64,000 bases of DNA from Eledone cirrhosa (Eukaryota). The notes beneath the pieces are model-generated. The model was not told the origin of the DNA and ran no database searches. It saw only the letters and a list, made by a program, of their open reading frames with translations. The DNA lies in assembly GCA_964016885.1 (NCBI GenBank), contig OZ024744.1, forward strand, positions 59,830,001-59,894,000. Direction: 5' to 3'. The position numbers and the translations under genes were made by a program. How positions within the stretch are numbered: position 1 is the stretch's first letter; every line of letters begins with the position of its first letter. Below are positions 52,015 through 64,000 of this stretch, one piece after another.

Positions 52015-52983
52015 GGCACCTGAACTGTTGACCAGTCAACATGACTGCAATTCACACACACATCCCTACTGACCATTATCACAATAATGAACCTCTTTAC
52101 TACACATACACACACACACACACATATTTGCCTTAACAGACTTATTTTTCAGTGACTTCTCAATCAGCCGAGACAAACCTATATTTGGCGCAAAATCAAT
52201 TTTTAACATTCACATAACCTCTACCGACCAATCAAAATTGTTTTGACCACAAGAATTTTTGCAACACGAATTGGCGCGAAACTTATTTTAATACATCTGG
52301 AGCCACTTTTTTCACATAAAACAGGTAGAATTTCCAAAACTAATCAGATTAGAGCAAACATCACGGGCGCTCTATCTCAAAATTATTTTTGAAAAGCATT
52401 AGAAATGCGCAACCGGTAAAACTTAAAACCAAAACTGAATACTAACCAATACTTATTACTAATTTTTACTTATTCCTAATTAAACTATTTTTCACTGGGA
52501 ACAATTTGTCAGCATTTTCTTTTCCTTTTACCAATATATATATATATATATATATATATGGTGAGTTGTCTATTCTTTTCTTCTCTCTTCCTCAGTCCAC
52601 CGTGCATTCACTTATTCTTTCTTTCTTTCTCTCAATGCTCCCTATCTTACCCCCTCTCTCTCCCACTGTTACCTTCTTCCTTCCTTTGAGTCAACTCACA
52701 TCTAGCCGCTGATTTCTGTCCTTCGAGGTAATATTTAAACCAACACCGTTTTGCTGTTCTAACAGCTTCCATATGCCGATATCTCCCATTTTTCCTGAGA
52801 TTCCTATACGCTCGCGTTTCAAAACTCTACATTCGAGTTAATTTTATATATATATAACCAAAAATTTATATGGTTCGTTGATTATTCAATGAATACAATA
52901 GATTAGAAGCACTCGACAGCTTTTGGAGTATTTAATATTATTCAAAATATTAATAAATGAAAAATATTCTCATAACCAAAATA

Positions 52984-53050
52984 TATATTTTATTATACAT
53001 ATTTCAAAGGTACAATGGTGTTTCAGTACGTTTTCATCAGATAAAATATA
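52984..53050 (-). ncRNA. Type I hammerhead, family A
   Basis: tatattttat CTGATGA aaacgtac...gtaccttt GAAA tatgta TA ataaaatata; 10-bp perfect stem I. Confidence 0.8.
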
Positions 53051-53134
53051 TGAGAGGTTGGATATGCGACATACAGCTAAGGTTTTCATTATTCAATTCC
53101 TGTAGTGATAGTATATATATATATATATATATAT

Positions 53135-53175
<41 letters not shown>

Positions 53176-53249
53176 CATGTATGTATATATTAATATATAT
53201 ATATATATATGTGCGTGTGTGTGTTTATGTATATATGTCTGTGCGTGTG

Positions 53250-53284
<35 letters not shown>

Positions 53285-53469
53285 TTGTGTGTGTGTATAT
53301 ATATATATAAACATGTGTATATGTGTTTTTTGTCTGCGTATGTTTTGCACCAATTTTTCTTCCATAACAATTATAGTTAAAGAGACAACCATATTTCCGG
53401 TTAGAGTGTTTAAAGTTTGGTTTCTTCTGAAGAAACAATCCTATTTTCCTTTACGTTTTTGTTATCATG

Positions 53470-53662
53470 GTGGATTGGCAGTATCGGTAGAGGGTCGGAC
53501 GCCATGCTTTCCAGCAAAGACTTACGGCCCTTTATGGTCTGAGTTCAAATCCCGCCGAGGTTAGCTTTGCTTTTATCCTTACGGGGTCGATAAAATAAAG
53601 TACCAGTAATGCACTGGGATAATTGCTGGCCTTGTGCCAAAAGTAGAAACAGTTATTACTAT
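53470..53662 (+). mobile_element. tRNA-derived SINE, same family as 19562
   Basis: Close match to 19562-19758. Confidence 0.85.
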
Positions 53663-53665
53663 TGC

Positions 53666-53696
<31 letters not shown>

Positions 53697-53923
53697 GTTG
53701 TTACTATTGCTGCTGCTGCTATGGTGTTTGTGGTTGTTTTATATAGTTGGTTTTGTTGTCGGTGGTTGTAGCATTGATGTTTACATATTTACGTTGTTGT
53801 TGTTTTTAAGCGAAAAGAATAAAACTATGTAATAAAAGAAGTAGAACTAAGAACGGACCCTTCGAAGTTGTCGACAAAGCAACAATTCCACACACACACA
53901 CACACACACGTACACACACCCAT

Positions 53924-53975
<52 letters not shown>

Positions 53976-54004
53976 TCACACATGCATACACACACACACT
54001 CACA

Positions 54005-54076
<72 letters not shown>

Positions 54077-54302
54077 AAGATACGCCAAACAGTGGTGAAA
54101 CTATCTAAGTCTGCCCTTACAAAGTACATTACATACTTTGTTGTGGAGACCAGCTGTGAATATTTAATTCAGAATTATGGAGCAAGATAACTTTCATGGA
54201 CAGGCAACTGCTTTTAAAAGAAATGACAACTTACTCTACTCGGATTATTACTTTTACAATTTTGTGCATATAATTGCCGGCACACTTGGTTATATGTTAC
54301 TG

Positions 54303-54378
<76 letters not shown>

Positions 54379-54627
54379 ATACTTTGGGAGGGTCATGTTG
54401 CCAGTAAGAAACAAACGCACCAGTCGCTTTCACTCCAATTTATTATAAATAAAATTTATAAATTTAAGAATTTATAAATTTCCGGTTGGCTGGTTGGTTG
54501 GTTCCATAACCGGACGGTTGTTCATATATTGTCAAAGTTCTTTCGTTACACATTCTGTATACATATATGTATGTACGTATACATACTTATATATATATAT
54601 ATAATATATGTATATTTATATATAAAT

Positions 54628-54752
54628 AAGTTTTAATATAGATGAGATTCTACAGGACTAGAACTGTTTCATTCTTTAGAAATCATCAGGATGATGATTT
54701 CTAAAGAATGAAACAGTTCTAGTCCTGTAGAATCTCATCTATATTAAAACTT
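54628..54752. mobile_element. Perfect hairpin (61-bp arms) folding back at an HHR core
   Basis: 3-nt loop gga at 54689-54691; - strand reads CTGATGA tttct-aa-agaat GAAAC agttc. Confidence 0.8.
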
Positions 54753-54822
54753 TTATACTCTGGGTACCTTACTTACTGTGGTTACCTCCGATTCAACCCG
54801 AAATAACTTACCTATATATATC

Positions 54823-54824
<2 letters not shown>

Positions 54825-54855
<31 letters not shown>

Positions 54856-57800
54856 GTTTAACATCCATCTTCCACGCTAGCATGGGTTTAGACAGGAATT
54901 TTCCCACTTGAGGCAAGATTGGTTGTCTTGCTCGTATAGGACGGTCTGGCGGGTTTTCTACGGCTGGATGCCCTTCCTAACACCAACCACATTTACAGTG
55001 TGGGACTGGGAGGTTTTTACCGTGTTACCTACACGGCCACATTACAGCGTGGACTGTGTGTTTTTTTGTCGTGACACCTACACGCCCTCATTTGTTTCGG
55101 ACTGGATGTTGTGGTACCAACATAACTTTACAGAGAAAGGGGTGGTGTGGATGGGGTGGAGGTGGTGGGACGGGGTGTATTTTTGTTAGAGGTGCCTACT
55201 GACTGTGGGTTTCGCTTTGTACATAGGCAAAGCGGGTCTTCTGTATTACTGTGAGCACCAAAGATCTCGGTCCAGTGACATTGTCTTGGAGAGGTGTAAG
55301 TGTGTCAGGTCGGAATTTATCAAGTCGTCCCAGGTTTTTCTGTGTCTGCCTACTCCGTGGCTACCGTCTATCTTTATTGCCCTGCACTTTGTTATACAGC
55401 TGTCGTCTTTCATGCGCATCACGTGACCATACCAACGTAGTCTTCTCTTATTCCTAATTTCTCCCTTAGTTCATTTATGCTTTGCCGTTCACGCATATTA
55501 CTATTACACATCCAACGGAGCATGCAAGCTTCGTTCCTCTCCAGTCTGCGCAGATCCTCTGCACACAATACCCATGTCTCACTGCCATGTAACATTGCTG
55601 TTCGTATGCAGGCATCATACAGCCTGCCTTTCATTTTTAGAGACAACCCTTTAGCGGCCAATAGTGGTATAAGCTCTCTGAACTTTTTCCACCCCGTTCT
55701 GACTCTAGCTACTGTACTTTCAGAGCACCTTCCACCACTGCTGATTTTGTCACCCAGGTAACGGAAGGTGTCCACTATTTCTATAGAACCATCTGTGCAA
55801 TGGAATGAGTTAATATTCTGTGGGCACTTGCTGCTACTTATTGCACCAGAGCACCGGCCACATATTAAATCTATATTCTTAGTTAGCTTACCTGTGATCC
55901 CACTACATGCACCCTTACTTTGCATTTGGGACATAAAATGGAGTTTCTGCCTACTCCTTTCCTACACACTGAGCATAGCCATTTCCCAGATGGGACCAGT
56001 GCCCTATTTTCCTTCCTACAAACTAGAACTTTAGTCTTAGACAGGTTAATTTTAAGGCCTTTTGATTCTAGGCCATGCTTCCATGTTTGGAATTTCTTCT
56101 CTAGTTCAGCCATTGATTCAGCTATGAGCGTTAGATCATCTGCGTATATAAGTTCCCATGGGCAGCCGGTCTTGAACTCCTCTGTTATAGCCTGAAGGGC
56201 AATAATAAATAAGTAGGAGGCTAAGGACGGAGCCCTGATGGACACCAACTTTTACGCTAAACTCTTCACTATATTCGCTGTTAATTCTAACCTTGCTGAC
56301 TGTTTCTTTATACATGGCTTGTATAGCTCTCACAATCCATTTATCAACACCTAGTTTTCTAAGGGCCCACCAGATAATCGAGTGGGGTACTCTGTCAAAG
56401 GCTTTCTCCAAGTCAACAAAAGCTAAGTATAGGGGTTTACTTTTAGCTAGGTACTTCTCCTGTAGTTGTCGTATAATGAAAAGAGCGTCTGTTGTACTTT
56501 TACCAGACACAAACCCGAACTGCATTTCATCTAGATCAATTCACTCTCTGATTAGTTGCGCTATTACTTTTTCTGTGACCTTCATGACCTGGTCACTTAA
56601 TTTAATGCCCCTATAGTTACTCCTATCTAGGGCATCTCCTTTACCCTTATAGCAGTTAATGATGATGCTGCTACGCTAGTCCTTCGGAACGACCGCATTC
56701 TGTATGACTTGGTTTACTATCCGGGTGACCATAGTGTGTCCCACCGTTCCAGATGCTTTCAGCATTTCAGCAACTATTTCCGAAGGCCCAGCTGCTTTGC
56801 CTGTCTTCATGTCTTTGATCGCCTTACTTATTATACTACCTTCAACTTGCACTGCGGGTCCCTCTATTGGATCGATGTGGGGGAGACTGTCTTTCTCCCA
56901 TTTATTCTCCTCATTTAGTAGCCTTTCGTAGTGACACTTCCAAGCTACCTTCTTATCAGCGTCAGTGATGGCAAGTACACCATCATCATTAAGGAGACAC
57001 TTCTCCCCGACAATATCACGGTTTTCCTTGACACATTGCCTAGCAATCCTGAACACCTCACGTTTTTGGTCCTCGCGTTGTAGAACATGCTTGAACTTTC
57101 TTTCCTCTGCTTCCCTTCTTGCGAAGTACACTTGTCTCATAGTTTCCCTCCTGGCCACTTGATAGTCTTCTCTACTTCCCCCATCCCGCCATGCTTTCCA
57201 AGCCTGCTTTTTGGCCTTGAATAACCCCTCCACCTTACTGTTCCACCACCAAGTTACTCTCCTCCTGCCTACAGGTCTGCTCCAGCCACAGATTTCATCT
57301 GTCGCCTTCAGTAGGTTAGCTTTCAGGAATTCCCACTGTTCCTCTATACTGTACGACTCTAATTGCTCTTCCTTACTATCAAAAGCATCAAGTAATATGC
57401 TTTTAAATTTATTACTGGCTGTGAGGTCCTTTAGCTTCCATATTTTTCTCCTGAGGATAGTCCTCTTCTGTTGTCGAGTACGTCTCGTCCTGACTATGAG
57501 GTCGCTAATTATGAGTCTATGTTGAGAGGTGCATTCTTCATGGGGAGGGATTTAATGTTTACAACAGACACTCTGTCACGTCATCTGGTAAGGATATAAT
57601 CTACCTGGCTGGTGTGTTCCCCTGATCTATAGGTGATCAAGTGATTTTCTCGTTTTTTGAAGTTAGTGTTACAGATAGTTAGGTTATTTGCGTCACAGAA
57701 TTCCAGGATTCTGGAGCCTTCCTCATTTCTAGTACCAAACCCATAGCCTCCATGGATTCCGTCATAGCCGTCACAATGTTGTCCAACGTGACCATTTAGG

Positions 57801-58350
57801 TCGCCAGCGATAACTATGTAGTCACTGTCGGTTATTTGGGAGGTAGTGAGCATTAACGTCTCATAGAATCTGTCTTTTATAACGCCAGGCAGTCCGGGTT
57901 GGGGTGCATATGCAGATATTACTGTCACAGTAGTTCTATTGAGGACAAGTCTTATTTTAATTATTCTGTCGTTCACTCTATTTACGTCTATTATCTTATC
58001 TGCCCACTTTTCTGCTAACATGAATCCTACTCCACCCAGCCCATTGTCATTTCCCATCCAGAAAAGCTTATAGCATCGTTCTTTACCCACAATGAATCTA
58101 GCAGACCCGCCCCTCCACCTGGTCTATTGGATACAGCAAACATCGACCACCTTACGTTCAAGCATTTCTACAACCTCGTTAAAGCGACCTTTTAGGGTGC
58201 CTACATTTATGGTACCAACTCTGAAGTTTTGGATTGCGTTTGGAGGGTGGGAACGGTGGGGCGCAGGGGGCGGGTGTGTGTGGGAGATGGGGTTATGTTA
58301 GCCATCCGCGGCCGAAATAAAGAGGAGGTGTCCTTGCATTCTCGTCCGGC
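54825..58350 (-). mobile_element. Near full-length RTE-clade LINE, inactivated
   Basis: APE (VGTINVGTL, SAYAPQ, GDLNGHVG, QVDYIL), RT (QFGF, FVDLEKAFDRVP, HQGS, IYADDL), (GAT)n 3' tail at 54825-54855; frameshifts present. Confidence 0.92.
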
Positions 58351-58362
58351 AGCATGAGGTGA

Positions 58363-58523
<161 letters not shown>

Positions 58524-58717
58524 TTCGTTTCTGAATTTGTTTAGCAAGATTCATTATCTGAAAACGTGTGTTGAAACTTTGGGAGGGTCATGTTGCCAAT
58601 AAGAAAGACACGCACCAGTTGCTTTCACTCCAATTTATTATAAATTAAATTTATAAATTTAAGAATTTATAAATTTCCGGTTGGTTGGTTCCGTAACCGG
58701 ACGGTTGTTCATATATT

Positions 58718-58760
58718 GTCAAAGTTCTTTCCTCACACATTCTGTGACCTCTTCAGTGAC
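58718..58760 (-). ncRNA. Minimal type I hammerhead heading family C
   Basis: gtca CTGAAGA gg-tcaca-gaatg-tgtga-g GAAA gaac TT tgac; truncated copy at 54531-54558. Confidence 0.7.
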
Positions 58761-58883
58761 TGGGGATTCTTTTCTTTGTTTTGTGCCTCTCCTTTGTTCT
58801 GTCCTACGCCATCTTGTTTTTGTGTGTGTTCACAGTGTTTAGCAACCATCGTTGCCCTTTTGTTCAACACTGACAAAAGGTAT

Positions 58884-58926
58884 ACGGTGCTGACGATAGC
58901 TAATAAGCTTGAAACTAGTACATCGT
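58884..58926 (+). ncRNA. Minimal type I hammerhead in the loop of a 45-bp inverted repeat
   Basis: acggtg CTGACGA t-agct-aata-agct-t GAAA ctag TA catcgt; arms 58832-58876 and 58931-58975. Confidence 0.85.
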
Positions 58927-59552
58927 TCCATTGTCAGTTTTGAACAAAAGGGCAACGATGGTTGCTAAACACTGTACGGCTTAATTCGGGATGTTTGTTT
59001 ACAAACAAACCGAGCATTATAATAAATGCTCGGTAAATCCATACGTACATGTATATATATATGTGTGTATGTATATATATACATACTACTGTACGTCTAT
59101 ATACATATATGTATGTACGTATACATACTTATATTTAAGTAACAGCCGTACTAAGAATGAGAAATGAAATGAATTTCGTTTTATTTTTTCCATTTACGTA
59201 TATATATATATATAAATATAATTTCAGCGAGATTCGTATTTCGGCTATGGTCGAAAACAGAGCGAAACACAATATCCGAGTCGTGCTGGCAAGCGCTCCA
59301 TGGACCAAATGAGACCAGAGCAATAAACATAGGTTATAAAAGCCAAACAAACTGAGATGGCGGTCAGAAAACCATCAACCACCTAAGCCAAAAAGACGAG
59401 GCAAGCCAAGCAGGTCAAACAAAATTATTGAAATATATATAGATGTAGTAACACAACAGTTAGTTCACCATATCGAGAACAATTGTTTCACCTTCCAAAC
59501 TCGTCCCATGAACTGAGTGCTCTACCACTACGGATATTACCTCCCAGTGTTC

Positions 59553-59710
<158 letters not shown>

Positions 59711-59725
59711 TGTAGAACATAATAT

Positions 59726-59894
59726 AATCAGAAAGTAAACAACACAATATATAACTACTCCATTACCAAAGGTTTCAGGACCCTAGATAATATTAATATA
59801 CGTCTGGTTCACTCAGACGTATATTAATATTATCTAGGGTCCTGAAACCTTTGGTAATGGAGTAGTTATTTATTGTGTTGTTTACTTTCTAATT
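59726..59894. mobile_element. Near-perfect hairpin (~80-bp arms) carrying the 3' half of an HHR
   Basis: Loop gttcact 59807-59813; each arm has GAAAC c-ttt-g GTA atggag. Confidence 0.75.
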
Positions 59895-59985
59895 AAATAA
59901 CTCTGTATTATACATAGCGCAGGCTTTTTTCCTTTGCTTTTTCTTCGGAACTACTTAATACACACACAAATACACACATACATAC

Positions 59986-60106
<121 letters not shown>

Positions 60107-60159
60107 ACAAAGGAAGTGGGGTAAGGAACCAGGTGGACCACAACGCACTAGACTACTCG

Positions 60160-61109
60160 ATACTTATGAATATGATGGACTCTCCTATCGATTCGCCGTA
60201 TGAGGGTTCAACAGTTTTTTCAATTCATTGTTTTATGTTTATGCCTCAAATGGCACTTCAGACCAGCTGCTGATTTACAAATCAATCCGCATTTGGTGCA
60301 GGTGACAGGATCTTGAACAGAGCAGGCTGGAATGCTTGACCGGACTCTAGTCTCAGATCTTATCACAAGATTTCTCTTTATACCTTCGTGGCAGACGGTT
60401 CTCCATCTTTTACGTTTGGCAGTCATGGTTTCAAACGAAGAAAGAGGTGTGTTGACAGACTTAAGATTGTACTTCAGTTTGTCCACACAATGCACACCAT
60501 CCTGGAGCTGACTATACCAAAGTACCTGAGGTGTGTGGTCCTCAAACATCCGTAGAGCATGACCAGCCCATCTGAGTTGCGATTGCATAAAAAATGACTC
60601 AATCTCACCAATGTTGCATCTTGTGAACAGTTCAACATTGGAGACCCTGTCAGAAAGTACATATCCACAGACAGGGCGAAGACAGCGTTTGTAGATGACA
60701 TCAAGCTGATGTATGTGAGTGCAGTAAAGTGTTCATGACTCTGAGCCATATAAGAGTGTTGTCAGTACAACTGCACGATAAACTGCAACCTTTGTTTTCA
60801 GGGACATATCTCTGACACTCTGATGTAGTTTGCCAAAAGTATCAGTTGCCCTGGAGATGCGATTAGCAATCTCATCATCCATGGATGCAGAGTAATTCAC
60901 CTTACTGTCAAGGTAAGTAAAGTAGCTCAAATATTTCAGATCTTTGCCATCAATAGTGGTGGGTGCAAGAGGATGTGTTTGATCTGACCGCATCTGGTTA
61001 ACGCCACCTGCATGCCTGGGGATGGCTTTGGTTGATGCACCACTTCAGTCTTCTTGATGCTGATTGTTAGACCAAAAGCCTTACAGGCAAGCGAAAAGCG
61101 GTTCATCAA
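60160..61109 (-). mobile_element. 3' fragment of an RTE/BovB-like LINE
   Basis: FGLTISIKKTEV, FTYL..DDEIANRI, TLLYGSES, LRWAGH, C2H2 finger CTKCGLICKSAAGLKCHLRHKH. Confidence 0.85.
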
Positions 61110-61163
61110 TAGTAAATCGCGACATTTTCTACGGAAAGAATCTTTTTCCTTTCTGCTATTTGT

Positions 61164-62999
<1,836 letters not shown>

Positions 63000-63409
63000 T
63001 AATCAGATCCTGTAAGAAAATTTAAGTTGTGTAAAGTAACTTACTTCCATTTTTCTGGTCACTGGTGTCGCTCCCGTAGACATTCGACGTCACAAACTGG
63101 CGTCTTGAATTCGAGGTTTTTCCACTATTATGTTCCCTGATGTAGTATCTGGAATATATTATTGAAATACGTTACTTAATGTTCATTGCGGCAGCATGAT
63201 ACGCTATCTAGATTTAAGTTTTATTTTCTGATGTAGTGCATTGTAATGACAATTCAAGCGCCTCACCCTAACCCTCGTTGTAAATGCATGAACATCTGGT
63301 TTAGAAATTTTTTCTTGGTTTTATATGGCCAACGTGATTATTACGATTTGCATGTGCAAGAGATTTATTGGTCGGTTATACAGGAATTGTGACCATCTAT
63401 ATTAAAAGG

Positions 63410-63502
63410 GCGGTGGATTGCAGTATCGGTAGAGTATCGGGCAACAGGGTTAGTGGTATTTAGTAGCGACCCTTTACGTTCTGAGTTCAAATCTCGCCGA
63501 TC
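63410..63502 (+). mobile_element. SINE 5' half (family of 19562)
   Basis: gcagtatcggtagag...ttctgagttcaaatctcgccga. Confidence 0.65.
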
Positions 63503-63887
63503 TCATGTACTGAACAGAATTTGATTTTCGCCTTGGGTTCAGTTTGCCAAATAGACTCAACTCCTCTCTGCATTTTTAAAAACCTATATTTACCGTTACA
63601 CACATGCGCTTGCACGTGCATCTATACAGCTTGCCACTGTCACCTCTACCTCGTCTGCTATCCACGCTATAGCCATAAGGATTTTTTACTTTTTCAGAAC
63701 AATATGAAATGCTTTTGATCACAGCCTTGCAAAAGTGGGCCAACTGGACTTTCTACACCTTAAACACTCCTATCAACAGTTTTCCAAGAGATGGCGAAAT
63801 GAATAGACCTGCTTTTTCCCGAAAAACCTTTTTTCGTTTCTACTCCTGTTCACTATCTTTCTATATCTTCTTTAATATCTCATTCTC

Positions 63888-63922
63888 TTTTCTGATGAAG
63901 GACTAGCATCCGAAACGTTAAG
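63888..63922 (+). ncRNA. Minimal type I hammerhead
   Basis: tttt CTGATGA a-gga-ctagca-tcc GAAA cg TT aag; palindromic stem III AACGTT, weak stem I. Confidence 0.65.
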
Positions 63923-64000
63923 CTTTTCCTAGTATATTAAAGGTGAAACTAATATATATCTTCATTGTGCTTCATCGTCTGTTGTGTTTTTCCGTTTACT

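Noticed and set aside
63520-63815. Possible PLE endonuclease tail upstream of the last HHR (WTFYTLNT)
   Set aside because: Too degenerate to support as a feature

Overview
Eukaryotic, AT-rich, repeat-saturated DNA with no host protein-coding gene that I can support. The microsatellite load and SINE families look like an octopus/coleoid genome (inference from recalled SINE consensus shapes, not from a search). Contents: three + strand Tx1/L1-clade LINE copies and one - strand relic; two Dong/R4-like and two other RLE-type LINE pieces; two RTE LINEs; at least three Penelope-like elements (PLEs); Tc1/mariner relics; Helitrons; tRNA-derived SINEs; mini- and microsatellites. The ORF track misses the main signal: roughly 15-20 type I hammerhead ribozyme (HHR) motifs from about 10 unrelated sequence families. 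Many sit in fold-back (inverted pseudo-LTR) hairpins of 0.1-2.7 kb embedded in (TA)n, and several hairpins fold back inside or beside the ribozyme core. Other highlights are a Naiad-like PLE with an in-frame UGA at a normally Cys position (possible selenocysteine), a 270-bp tandem/inverted repeat carrying a tRNA-like Pol III unit with its own terminator, a nest of Tx1 and Dong elements sharing (TTA)n tracts, and a SINE that shares its 3' end with Tx1. All structures were read by eye; element boundaries are approximate to a few bases.
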